DNA of 64,000 nt from Haliotis cracherodii (taxonomy: Eukaryota): positions 7,750,001 through 7,814,000 of the forward strand of contig NW_027266272.1 in NCBI RefSeq assembly GCF_022045235.1. Direction: 5' to 3'. The notes under the pieces are model-generated. The model saw nothing but the letters and a program-made list of their open reading frames with translations. It searched no databases and had not been told where the DNA came from. The position numbers and the translations under genes were made by a program. Shown piece after piece: positions 13,322-26,195 of the stretch (the first letter of the stretch is position 1; each line of letters starts with the position of its first letter).

Positions 13322-14301
13322 TATGGTGGCCGAGAGGGGACATCGCTTTCTCGCTCTATCGCTTTCTCGCTTTCTCGCTCTATCGCTTTATCGCTTTATC
13401 GCTCTATCGCTTTCTCGCTTTCTCGCTTTATCGCTTTCTCGCGGTTAAGCAGTATCCCCTCTTGACCACTACAGGGGCCGCATGTGATATCTGCTGCAAT
13501 TGGGAGGTAATGTTGAACTTTTCTCACTATTTACTTAAAACATAATTTAACTGTACAGACGTAGGTGATTTTAAAACAATCCACCGCTTTTTGCGTAAAA
13601 TGTAATTGATTTATTTATGGCCCTATTCAGTTGTATGTGACCATCACGCCGAAAGCGCGTGGCAGATCATGGCAATACGCTTTAAATAAATCAGGTTAAA
13701 ATCTAAATATATACTTTTCAAAAAGAAGTTAAGAAGACTATGGTTAATTAGTCATGGCTGATTGTTTTGCAAAAATACAATCTTATAATTGTGGGTGTTC
13801 TATAACTTGTTTTCGGTAGTATATGATTTACAGTGTGTCATAATGTTGTCCGTAAATGTTCTTTTTGACATTTGATGTATGTTTAACTTGAATTGTGTTT
13901 CTTGTCTTGTGCAAATCTACAAATATATGTACTTACATATAGTAATTTGATAAACAGCGCTGTGAGTGAGTGAGTGAGAATGGTTTCACGTCGCTTTTAA
14001 CAATAATCCAGTTATATCACGGGTAACACCAGAAAGGGGCTTCACACATTGTACCCATGTGGGGAATCGAACTGGGTCTTCGGCTTGACGATCGAACGCT
14101 GTAACCGCTAGGCTATCCCACCGCCCCCATCGCTGTGGCGTTACCACAGTTGATATGTGTACTTGTGTAAACTACACATATGGAGAGACATAATTAGAGT
14201 GGCCACATAGTTAAGGTTGATAACAATATGAAATGCATTACTATGATTATCTATCATTGTGATATGTTATGTATATCTTAAGTATAGTTTTGTCAAAATT
14301 A

Positions 14302-14336
<35 letters not shown>

Positions 14337-17034
14337 CCGACTCATTGTCTGTGTAAAAAGGTAGTAGATAACAACATAACTCATATCAGAACGCACAATC
14401 GTTAACCATACAGTTTAAATGGATAGAGAATTGCTACATGAATATGTATATTCCTGCCTGAGCCTATACTATAATTGGATATCTAGTCTCTCCTTGCGGG
14501 AAAGTTAAACTTTATTTTACAAGCACTTTAGCATTAAATTTAATTCCCGAAGACAGTTTGATCGAAAGTCATTATAAAAAACGAGTTGTTTAAAAAAAAT
14601 ATTTACAACGCATTTCATTTCTATTGTCCAAGGAATGAGGTTACGGGTTAATGACGCTCTCGAAAGTCGTATATGTGACTTAAGGTAGAGACATATATCT
14701 AATTCATCTGTATTTTGTAAGGGAAACATAACTGTGTACATGTATGCATAATGTACATGCAACTTAATGAACATAATTGTGATCCCGAAATCGGACGAGC
14801 ACATATTCGGCTTCAATTCCAAATCTAATTACCAAACAAAATAATTCTTTGGACGCAACAATACAAACTGGCTAATAAAACTGACATATATGATCTCCTT
14901 TTTATCAGTTTTAAGTTTGATGGAGGAATGGGGGGGGGGGGCGGGGATACTATGAAAAAAATGAAAATATGAACAGTGACTATCTGTATTCTTTGAATCT
15001 TGCTTATTTATTACACTACAAGAAAATATGCAAGCTAAACGAGAAAAAATTACGTGTGTATTTTGTAACATATTTATCTACTGCAAGATGTTTAAAAAAT
15101 ATAATCATAAGAGGCAAAATAGCGGTGAGAATTACAGGATCACTAAATATCAGCAAAAACCGTTTTAATGTACGGCATTATGGGAAATATCGCTTTCTCG
15201 CTCTATCGCTTTATCGCTTTCTCGCTCTATCTCTTTATCGCTTTCTCGCTCTATCGCTTTATCGCTTTCTCGCTCTATCGCCCTATCGCTTTCTCGCTTT
15301 ATCGCTTTCTCGCTCTATCGCTTTCTCGCTCTATCGCTTTCTCGCTCTATCGCTTTCTCGCTCTATCGCTTTATCGCTTTCTCGCTCTATCGCTTTATCG
15401 CTTTCTCGCTCTATCGCTTTCTCGCGGTATAGCAATATTCCCTCTTGTGGGTTTTAATCATAAAAGAGAGCTGAGATTTTTCCAGTCGCATTTTAAATTA
15501 TACATATGGACGGAATGTTGAAATTTTCTCAAGAGGCAAAATAGCGGTGAGAATTACAGGATCACTAAATATCAGCAAAAACCGTTTTAATGTACGGCAT
15601 TATGGGAAATATCGCTTTCTCGCTCTATCGCTTTATCGCTTTCTCGCTCTATCGCTTTATCGCTTTCTCGGTCTATCGCTTTATCGCTTTCTCGCTCTAT
15701 CGCCCTATCGCTTTCTCGCTCTATCGCTTTATCGCTTTCTCGCTCTATCGCTTTCTCGCTCTATCGCTTTCTCGCTCTATCGCTTTATCGCTTTATCGCT
15801 TTCTCGCTCTATCACTTTATCGCTTTATCGCTTTCTCGCTCTATCGCTTTCTCGCGGTATAGCAATATTCCCTCTTGTGGGTTTTAATCATAAAAGAGAG
15901 CTGAGATTTTTCCAGTCGCATTTTAAATTATACATATGGACGGAATGTTGAAATTTTCTCACTATCTACTGAAATATGATTTAACAGTACAGACACATGT
16001 GCTTTTATAACAATCTGCGTAAAAAAGAATTTGATTGATTTATGACCCTATTTAGCTATTGGATCCCCCGCCCCCAGGCCAAGTTGTCACAAATAATAGC
16101 AAATAACACCGCTCAATAGCGCTGAGTAGTACGTACTTCCTTAAAAGCAATAGTGTTTTCCTAAAAACAACGCTTATATCAACGCTTAATCTGTTTGCGG
16201 AGTAGATGTCATCAAAGTGGAAGTCCTCACCCAAGCAATGGTTAATACTACCGGATGTCCTTTATGTAATTTCTAGTTTTTGGATGACATATTGTTCTCA
16301 GTAACCGTAATGTGGAAATAGTTGATTGGTTTTATATTCAAGTTGGTATTTCCGCTATTCAAAGTGTTCAGTGAGGCCGTCTTATCAACAGTCATTTCTG
16401 AGACATAAATGCAAAGTATAATTACCTTATTCGAAAGTAATAAGCGCCCCGCTCTAATCAACGCCCACGGCGATATTTGCTAAAATATTGGCTAGTGAAC
16501 AATCCCAATTAGCACCCCTTGCGATTGATTAATCTACACCAGACTTATTTATTCGCGTATAATACGCACTCGTGCGTTATATGCACACTTAATTATGGGC
16601 AATTGAATTCGGGAAAAATATATCTGTCGTACATAAACATTTCAGGCTGTCAGCATAAACCACGAAATTTATCTTTCAACTCAACTTTTTTTTTTCGCCA
16701 AAATATTATTCTTGAGAGCGCCCTGGGCACTTATTACGTCGAATACGGTAATTATGTCTACGCTAATTTTTGCATTAATTTTATAATTAACGTTAATTTC
16801 AAGATTTACAGCACATACTATTCAAAAGAAGTTAAAGAACACCCGATTCCTTCATATGACTATGGTTAGTCATTAGAAGAAGCAATAGGGCGAGAAAGCG
16901 ATAGAGCGATAAAGCGAGAAAGCGATAGAGCGAGAAAGCGATAAAGCGAGAAAGCGATAGAGCGAGAAAGCGATAAAGCGATAGAGCGAGAAAGCGATAA
17001 AGCGAGAAAGCGATGTCCCCTATTGGCCACCATA
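13322..17034. mobile_element. Non-autonomous foldback-like DNA element with microsatellite-containing TIRs and a 6-bp TSD
   Basis: Ends tatggtggccgagaggggacatcgctttctcgc / gcgagaaagcgatgtcccctattggccaccata; gactaa duplicated at 13316-13321 and 17035-17040; splits a family C repeat; internal ~420-bp tandem duplication at 15108-15960. Confidence 0.8.
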
Positions 17035-17451
17035 GACTAACGGGATCAGACGGTCAGGCTCGATGACTTGGTTGATACATGTCATTGTATCCTGATTGCG
17101 TGGGTCGGTGCTCATGATGTCAATTACTGGATTGTCTGGTCCAGATTCGATTATTTACAGACCGCCGTCATATAGCTGGAATATTGCTAATTGTGGCGTT
17201 AAACAGCAAACAAACAAAGCGTTGATATATGCTCATGGACTCACTGGATTGTCTGGTCCAAATTCGATTATTAACACACCGCCTTCATATGCCTGGAACA
17301 TAGCTCAGTGCGGCGTTAACGACAAACAAAACAGTGATAAAGTGGATCAATACTTAAAAGAGAACAAATAACAAGCAAGTAATTTGACTCAAATAATACT
17401 TTCTTTCAAGAATCGGTGGGGTTCGCGTCTGGGGCAGTGAGATAAAGGTAG

Positions 17452-19467
17452 CTACACCACGTTGACGGCCTTGACGTCAGTAGCCCTATGCAAACACAGA
17501 GCGTCGTGTCCATGCGGGCCGAACAGGTACGAGAAGTCAGTAGAACAGCTGCAAACAGTGTTGGGGTCCGGCTGGTACTTCTCCCCGGCTTTGATGATCA
17601 CGTCCTTATATTTACAGTTGTTTCCTACAAGAAGTTCACGGTAAACCACGGACACATCACAAGGGACACTAAACAGTTCTACCATGACGCTGAAGAATGC
17701 TTGATACTGTTTGGCCATCATTACATTAAAATTTGGTACCTTAAAACTACAAGAAGATCACTGTAAACCACAAACACAGCAATTCTACCATGACGCTGAA
17801 GAATGCTTGATTCTGTTTGGCCATCATTACATTAAAATTTGGTACCTCAAAACTACAAGAAGATCACTGTAAACAACAAACACAGCACAAGACAGGGACA
17901 CTACACAATTCTACCATGACGCTGAAGAATGCTTGATTCTGTTTGGCCATCATTACATTAATACTTGGTATCTAATTCCATTAGATACCTAAAAACTACA
18001 AGAAGATCACTGTAAACCACAAACACAGCACAAGACATGGAATCTAAACAATTCTTCCATGACGCTGAAGAATGCTTGATTCTGTTTGGCCCACATAACA
18101 TTAAGATGTGGTATCTAATTCCATTAGATTCCATTAGATACCTCAAAACGCAAGCCTTTTCACGCATAGGCTTTTGGAGTGAATACATCGATCTATCGAT
18201 AACCTACACATCGATGCATATAAAAATGGTTTCTGATAACCCATTAGACCTTATTCGTCTGATATCAGGTGTTTATAGAGAACACCTACTGAACAATGGT
18301 GCGTCACACGTACTGAACAATGGCGCGTCACACGAGCTGAACAATGTTGCGTCACACGTACTGAACAATACCACGTCACACCTACTAAACGATGGCGCGT
18401 CACACGAACTGAACAATGGCGCGTCACACGTACTGAACAATGCCACGTCACATGAACTGAACAATGGTGCGTCACAAGTACTGAACAATGCCACGTCACA
18501 CGAACTGAACAATGGTGCGTCACAAGTACTGAACAATGGTGCGTCACACGAATTGAACAATGGTGCGTCACAAGTACTGAACAATGGTGCATCACACGTA
18601 CTGAACGATGGCGCGTCACACGTACTGAACAATGGTGCGTCACACGTACTGAACAATGGCGCGTCACACTTACTGAAAAATGGTGCGTCACACGTACTGA
18701 ACAATGCCACGTAACACGTACTGAACAATGGCGCGTCACACGAACTGAACAATGGTGCGTCACAAGTACTGAACAATGCCACGTCACACGTACTGAACAA
18801 TGGTGCGTCACACGTACTGAACAATGGCGCGTCACACGTACTGAACAATGGCACGTCACACGAACTGAACAATGGTGCGTCGCACGTACTGAACAATGCC
18901 ACGTCACACGTACTGTACAATGGCGCGTCAAAAGTACTGAACAATGCCACGTCACACCTACTAAACAATGGTGCGTCGCACGTACTGAACAATGGCATGC
19001 CACACGTACTGAACAATGGTGCGTCACACGTACTGAACAATGCCACGTCACACATACTGAACAATGGTGCGTCACACGTACTGAACAATGTCGCGTCACA
19101 AGTACTGAACAATGCCACGTCACAGGTACTGAACAATGGTGCGTCACATGTAAGGAACAATGGTGCGTCACTCACCATCTGGGCAGGTCTGGCAGCACTG
19201 GTTAGGTTTCCGCACATGGTTGACGCATATGGGAGGCGCACAGTCAATAGCCATGCACATCATCCTCCCGCCGTCAGTGCACGTGCAGGGGGAACATGGG
19301 CTGGTATTCATGTGTTCCCCAATCTTGTACGTGTTACCTTTGTATACACAGCCCGCTACATCTTCGGAAACCTCGTCAACACCATTCTCATGGCCGATTA
19401 CTGCGCCCTCTATTACAAAAGGGAATAGTCCCAAAAGAAGAACACAAACGTATGACCCAAATACCAT
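17452..19467 (-). CDS. Secreted VWC-domain protein, VWC2/Brorin-like (gene 3); exons 19467-19176, 17624-17452
   Basis: Signal peptide MVFGSYVCVLLLGLFPFVIEG, 10-Cys VWC ending CCQTCPDG; donor G|GTGAGT; acceptor cttcttgtag|; exon 2 GNNCKYKDVIIKAGEKYQPDPNTVCSC...DALC...VV*. Confidence 0.92.
17625..18150. repeat. Four ~105-145-bp tandem copies of the gene 3 intron 3' end
   Basis: ctacaagaag(a/t)tcac..ccatgacgctgaagaatgcttgat..tttggcc repeated at ~17625, 17748, 17853 and 17996. Confidence 0.9.
18283..19170. repeat. 24-bp minisatellite in gene 3 intron (short homologous array ~21237-21390 at locus 4)
   Basis: Unit tactgaacaatggtgcgtcacacg; abuts the gene 3 donor. Confidence 0.97.
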
Positions 19468-19585
19468 AGTCTGCAGAGATCGTGTCTTCTTCTACTCAGA
19501 TTGTACGGGAGTCTCAAATATCTTCTTATCAGAATTAGATCACGTGATTTTTCACACGAACTTGAGTCATCATTTTTCATTGGAT

Positions 19586-19625
<40 letters not shown>

Positions 19626-20533
19626 ATATATTTAACAAATACGTTTAATGTATCAACATGACTGCTTAGGTTGCATTTAATACCCAAAACTGTCGTTTAT
19701 GTCAACAGTATTACATTGTGTTTGGACATCATAAATTATTGCATCATAATAATTATTTTCCTCCAGTTAACTTATATTTTTGTTTGTTCATAACATTCAT
19801 TTTTGACAATATACCTTTTATGTGTGCTTTTTGTATTTTAACACTCTCCCCATGTCCATAAACTACAAGGATGCTTTAGCTTCCGGAGTTAAATCGCTAA
19901 CTGGTGCAAATATTCACCAATGGTAATAATCTATCAAACATATTTGTTTCGAGACCCTTTCCACATATATGGAGACAATAAATAACATACTGCTAGAAGA
20001 GTTAAGTGTAACTGTTTCATTGATAGTGCCCTTACCCTTTTCGCGAACAACTGGCGACAAAAATTGAAAGCATTAATTTGTGTGTCAAAATATACGTAAC
20101 AGTTCAGTTAAGTGTACATATTTGACATACAACTTCCTTTCATTCAAACAAAATATTATGCTAACATAGGTGTTTAAAATGTCTCGTAAACACTTGCAAT
20201 TCCTCTTCTTCTTCTCAGATAACCAGAAAATCTCTCTATAAAAAACATAGATTTTAACCAACGATTCTGCGAGAGGTTCTATTGAATACTTGTAAAGCGT
20301 TTAATACAATGATACATTCAAAACTCCATCAAATCAAAGCCTACTGCTTCCATATGCAACAAGAATACATACACTTCTAAAAAAGAAACGCAAAGCCAGA
20401 TTTGTGTGTGGTAAGAAAATACATTTATACGAGGAAGGTATTGAGCCAAAATGTTGTGGAGAGAACACTTGGTGATTGTAGTCATCTCAGTTATCGGTAC
20501 ATAGGACAAGTTTAAGGTGAAGGTCAGCCAACA

Positions 20534-21220
20534 TCAATAACGCGTATGTCCCCCGTTGGAACAGATATCAGCCTGATCATGACATATCCTGCCCATGGAA
20601 AAGACGAGTATGCGGATCACATCCTGGGGAATGGTTGCCCACTCGGCCTGCAACGCAAAAGCCAACTGCTGCAACGTCTGGGGTTGTGGTTGACGTCGGC
20701 GTAGCAGTCTATCCAATTCCTCCCACAGGTGCTCTATCGGGTTCAAATCCGGGGGGTCTGGAGGCCGAGGGGAGAACCTCAACGTTTTCGTTGTGTAGAA
20801 AGGATCTTGTGATCCATGCCCTGCCATGATGAGAGATCACATCATAACGCTTCCCCCACTTAACCTGTTCACTGCCTGTCCGCAGTTCTCCCCAACGTAT
20901 GTGGACCCGCGCTCTTCCATCCCCTCGACGGAGGAGAAATCTTGATTATTTGCTGAATCAGATATATTTCCGTCGCAGTTGAGACCATACCCTGTGTTGA
21001 CGACACCATTACAGTCGTTGTTGAATCCATATGACGCATCGAACTGGACGTCTTTCTCGTAGACCTGCTCTTAAACGGTTTCGTACGGTCTGGTCGGAGA
21101 TTCTGCGCAGTCCGGGTCTTAGGGGTGCGTTTGAGGCGGCCGTGGTCGTCCTTTCACGTAGGTAACGATCTTGGCGGGGGTGGTTACTCTTGCTCATCCT
21201 GACCTTGGCCTATCACGTGT
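20534..21220 (-). mobile_element. Degenerate Tc1-family transposase fragment
   Basis: PDLNPIEHLWEELDRLLR...NGGHTRY and ISDQTVRNRLRAGL motifs; internal deletion and frameshifts. Confidence 0.85.
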
Positions 21221-21395
21221 TGACCATACTTATCAATGTCGCGTCTTACATACTGCACAATGCCGCGTCACACGTACTGAACAATGCCACGTTACACGTC
21301 CTGAACAATGTCGCGTCATACGTACTAAACAAAGGTGCGTCACACGTACTGAACAATGTCGCGTCATACGTACTAAACAATGGCGCATCACTCAT

Positions 21396-21666
21396 CATCT
21401 GGGCAGGTCTGGCAGCGCTGGGTTGACGCAAAACGGTCATGCACAATCATCATCCCACTACCAGTGCACCCACAGGGCGACATGTGATTGTCTTCATGTA
21501 TTCCCCGATATTGTAGGTGTTCCTTTGTACACACAACCGGTCACATCTCCAGGAACCTCTAGCGCTAGCGGAACTTTCACACCATCATCATGACTGATCA
21601 CTGCCCCCTCTATTACATAGGGAAATAGTCCAAAAGAAGGGCACAGACAGATGACCCAGATGTCAT
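21396..21666 (-). pseudogene. Decayed exon-1 duplicate of gene 3 (locus 4)
   Basis: Aligns to gene 3 exon 1 (LFPYVIEGAVISHDDGV..GCVYKG..CQTCPD) and to its upstream DNA. It has indels and frameshifts, the donor is changed from GTGAG to ATGAG, the same 24-bp intron repeat follows, and no exon 2 of its own is visible. Confidence 0.85.
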
Positions 21667-22953
21667 CTTCTTCCACTCAGATTGATAGCTGTGTGTCGGA
21701 GGGTATCTCAAATATTTTCTTATCGTAAATGGAACACGTGATTGTTCACACGCACTTTGGTCATCATAATTTGATCTTCACTTGATACAACACATACATA
21801 TTAAAATACTATTTTGTATAAACATGATTGCTCAGGTTGCGTTTAATACCCAAAAGTCATTTTTTTAATTTCTAAATTTTGAATCAAAATCAAATTGTCC
21901 TCCAGTCATCTTATGCCTTTTTCTTTGTTCATATTATACACCTTTACCCTTGATGTGTATATTTTGTCTTTTAACACTTTCCTGATGGCGGGCTCTCATG
22001 TTCATACATTATTCTAGCATTTGCTTGACAAATATATTGGAATAGTGTTATAATAAAAAATAATGATACTGAAGCTTTCAATGAACAATAACCGGGGTAA
22101 TGGAAAATAATCACCCCCAGAAAATATCATCTTTGTACTCATTACCTATAAAACATCTCTGAGTCAAGATCTTTTCCACTGGTGACATGGAGATGCCAAA
22201 TAATATATGGTTTATCTAGTTTGTTTAACAATAGGGGCGGTCGGGTAGCCTAGTGGTTAAAAGCGTTCGCTCGTCACGCCGAAGACCCTGGTTCGAATCC
22301 CGACATGGGTACAATGTGTGAAGCCCATTTCTGGTGTCCCCCGCCGTGATATTGCTGGAATACTGCTAAAAGCGGCGTAAAACTATACTCACTCACTCAC
22401 TCACTGTTTAACAATAATAATGCCCTTACAGCAGGTGTCACCACTGATTTTCAATGATTTATTGAGCATTATTCATAGCTATTTTTCTTTTAACTCCTAA
22501 TGGAATCTGTTTCTGCGGATAATCAAATATGTTCCATATTTCAGGCGGCACGGATGGCCCAGTCGTCTCAGGCGCCGCGATTCGCTGTGCAGAGTTGCGT
22601 CCCTTGGGCACGCCAGAAACCTATGGTTGTGAGTTCGAATCCCGGTTCGGCCCGAATATATTTCTAGGTTTGTCAGCACAATACCCGTGCTTGTGGGTTT
22701 CACCGAAGTGGTAAACGTCTGAGACCTGGATTACTTTGGGTTTTCCTCCCACATGGTGACACGCCGGGATATAACGGAAATACAGCTAAAATCGGCGTTA
22801 AATCAAACTTACTCACTCTTTCCCCCTCAGACGACATGGTATGGTTAGAGGCATTGCTCTCACTTGTGGTCGTGGCTCATGTTTGTGTACGCAGCTGTAA
22901 ATAATCCAGTCTGAATCAGACAATTCAGTGACTGAATGGGTGGGTGGTTGTCT

Positions 22954-22998
<45 letters not shown>

Positions 22999-23221
22999 TG
23001 GGTGTCATGTACAACCCGATAGTTGGTCAATAATTGCCAAATGTAATCGTCATACAACATGTGTTATAGAATAATGCGCTCTCTCATTAGGCTTCACCTA
23101 ATTTCTATTATCGGATCTTCAAAAGGTCAACTGAGTACGAAGTAAATCACCAGAGAGATCTATAGATAAGAAACACGACCATAAATGGAACGTCTCTATA
23201 TTCCAGCTCACTTCTGCCGCA

Positions 23222-23498
23222 ATGATCGGAACACTCGTGTCGTCTGCCGTCCTCCTGGCGCTTGCCGTCTACTCCGAGGCTGCATCACTTCCGGTGGTGC
23301 CAGTTGCTGTTGCAGTTGACGAATGTGTGTATCAAAATAAGACTTATAAGATTGGTGAACGGACCGACAACGCGTGCATGCCCTGCACGTGCACGCAAGG
23401 TGGCCGTATGTCTTGCTTATCTATCGACTGTTTCTTTCCTTCTATCTGCGTCGACCCTATTCGGAAGCCGGGGCACTGCTGTCAGACATGTCCAAACG
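23222..23498 (+). CDS. VWC exon-1 cassette (locus 5): signal peptide + VWC domain; no private exon 2 found
   Basis: MIGTLVSSAVLLALAVYSEA signal peptide, intact 10-Cys VWC ending CCQTCPNG, phase-1 donor G|GTATGT. Confidence 0.88.
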
Positions 23499-23939
23499 GT
23501 ATGTATCCCCACATATTTCTGTCCAGATACCATGTTCAACTTTATAGACTGTATGTTTGGCTGCTTCTTATACCGACCTGACGGTTTGAAATGGTGTTGA
23601 TAAAGTCTTGATACTATTCTTTATAAAATTTTACATTTGCTTTTGGAGGTCTGCAAAGTTGTGATTATTATGAAATAGGTATGAAAGAGTGTTTATGCAA
23701 GTTTGATATTTGTTTTCGTAACATTGTTCAAGACAGACCTGACCTTAAATCATTCCATACGATGAAAAACATTTAGGACAAACCTTCGTTATCTGTGCTT
23801 TGTTAGCTGTCTTTTAAAGTACCATGTGTTACTGTCACTGAAGATCTATTTGAAACAACCTTATACACGAGTTCAACTTCAAACTAGTTATTTAAAAATG
23901 TTTAAAAATAAACTACGGGTATTTTTGTGACTATTTCTA

Positions 23940-25502
23940 AACTACGGGGCCAAAGAAAGTTTTCACCGACTTTACTTGACCAAACGCCAAAAACAAAGGC
24001 ATATGTGAGATTTATGATGATTAATTTATAAACAAAAATCATTTTCCATGAATTAGAATGAAAATGCATTGTAATGCCAATATTGCATTCTCCGCAATAC
24101 ACAAAGAAAGAGTCAAGGGGTCCAAATTAAAAATTACACAAATCAGAGTTCATTGAAAAAGTGCATGAAGAGTCCATTGATGACACAGTAGTCAGGTAAC
24201 ACGTCATCAATAGCGAATGTGACCACCCTGGGCATCCATGCACGCCAACATACGCCTCCTCATTGACGTCGTCCGTCGACGAATAACGTCAACGGGAATC
24301 CTGTTCCATAAGTTCAATAGAGTCTGTTCAAGTTCCTGTCGGTTCGCTGGAGGCGGTACATGTTGTCTCAGCTGACGATCAAGATGATCCCAGAGATGTT
24401 TATTGGGGTTCATGTCTGGAGAACAAGGTGGCCAGGGCAATACGTTGACGTTAACGTTGTTCAGGTAGTCTTGAACAATTCGGGCGGTGTGAGGCCTTGT
24501 GTTGTCTTGTTGCAAAGTTAATCCTCTTGGCTGATGTTGAATAAAGGGCACCACAACAGGTCTCAACACTTCATTCCTGTATCGCTGAACATTCAGGTTT
24601 CCTCGGATGATAACCAGCCGTGTTGTAATCTGGCCTCAAATGCCACCGCAATCCATGACGCCTCCACCTCCTAACGGGTGAACTTCTCTAATGCAGTTTG
24701 GCGTCAGTCGCTCTCCCCTTCGTCGAAAAACTCGAATTCTGCCATCGTTCCTGAACAGACAGAACTGACTTTCATCTGTAAAAGCACTCTCGCCTAGTCA
24801 CGTCGCTGCCACCGACGTACGGTTCGTGCCCGTTGCAGTCTGCGTTGACGGTGTAGACGGATCAAGGCCATTACACGGAAGGGTCGGTATGCTCGTATAC
24901 CAGCCGTACGAAGTCGTCGAAGGACCGTTTGTCTGCTGTTGGCATGCCCTAGTGCTGATACGCCGTTGACGTCGCCGTCACACATCGTCACACGCCGTTT
25001 CCGAGGTGAATCTGCCGGATGTAGCGGTCTTCGGCCGGTGTTGTCACTCTCGGTCTTTCCGATCTTGCCCGGTCTTGAGTCTGTCCTGTCTGTTGGTAGC
25101 GGATTATCAACTTGCTGATGGTGGTCTGGGAGCAGTTGAAGGTTCTGGCTATCTGACGTTGAGTAGCCCCCATATTGGCCATACCGATCGCTCTGTCTCG
25201 TTGCGCTTGTGTAAGTCTGGGCATATTCCTTTGTGGTTTTTTTGCTTTCTGAATGCCTGCTCTGTCCAACGTCGGTATTTATGCCACAATCACGCACGTG
25301 CATTTTGACCAATGTCTCAAAATCACGTTTTGCACGTTTTCAACAATGCATGATTTGGAGAGCTGCGTTCGAAAATCTGCGTTGTGGTTGTGGTCATGTT
25401 GCATTTGGGCGAATGTTTTCTACGGGGGTTCAAACCTGTACCATCTCTTTTGCTTTTTATACAACTATTTTTAAAGTGAAAACTTTCTTTCGCCCGGTAG
25501 TT
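23940..25502 (-). mobile_element. Near full-length Tc1 element, inactive
   Basis: TA-flanked ~27-bp TIRs (aactacggggccaaagaaagttttcac / gtgaaaactttctttcgcccggtagtt). HTH N-terminus MPRLTQAQRDRAIGM; FTDES, QQDNTRPH and SPDMNPNKHLW (catalytic E replaced by K); frameshifts and stops. Confidence 0.92.
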
Positions 25503-25870
25503 TACAAAGTGATCCCTACAATTGAAGATGGTATGTTGATTTCCAAGAACACGACTTTGTTGAGTAAAAGCAGTGCAATCAAAACACAACATTGTGCGAG
25601 TGGGTGATTAAGGGTAGTTCTCACGTTGCTATTGGTAGCAACGACTTGCAGTTGCGAATGAGTTGCATCGTCCGTACCACCAACATGTTGCAACCGTATT
25701 GGTAAGAACTTTTTGCAAGCAATCCACCAATTAAAGCACCAGAGTTACCATACGTGGTTTATGGTGTCAGTCATGTCAGAAAATATGGTGAGGTGAGGTG
25801 AAATGGGGTTTAACGTCACTTCCTAGATTGTTGCACTTTTATAGCGACGTACGCGTGTGTGTTTGTGTGG

Positions 25871-26195
25871 GTGGCCAGGGCAATACGTTGACGTTAACGT
25901 TGTTCAGGTAGTCTTGAACAATTCGGGCGGTGTTAGGCCTTGCGTTGTCTTGTTGCAAAGTTAATCCTCTTGGCTGATGTTGAATAAAGGGCACCACAAC
26001 AGGTCTCAACACTTCATTCCTGTATCGCTGAACATTCAGGTTTCCTCGGATGATAACCAGCCGTGTTGTAATCTGGCCACAAATGCCACCGCATACCATG
26101 ACGCCTCCACCTCCTAACGGGTGAACTTCTCTAATGCAGTTTGGCGCCAGTCGCTCTCCCTTTCGTCAAAAAACTCGAATTCTGCCATCGTTCCT
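25871..26195 (-). mobile_element. Internal fragment of the same Tc1 family
   Basis: Near-identical to ~24428-24752 (GVMVCGGI..QQDNARP..VLPWPP). Confidence 0.9.

Noticed and set aside
14969-15951. ORFs with YRFLALSL repeats
   Set aside because: Translations of the 8-bp microsatellite inside the foldback-like element.
23549-23600. DCMFGCFLYRPDGLKWC* as a private exon 2 for cassette 5
   Set aside because: YxPD-x4-C resembles exon 2, but it needs a 50-nt intron, lacks GxNC, CxC and the final Cys, and is not conserved in cassette 6. Not fully excluded without RNA data.
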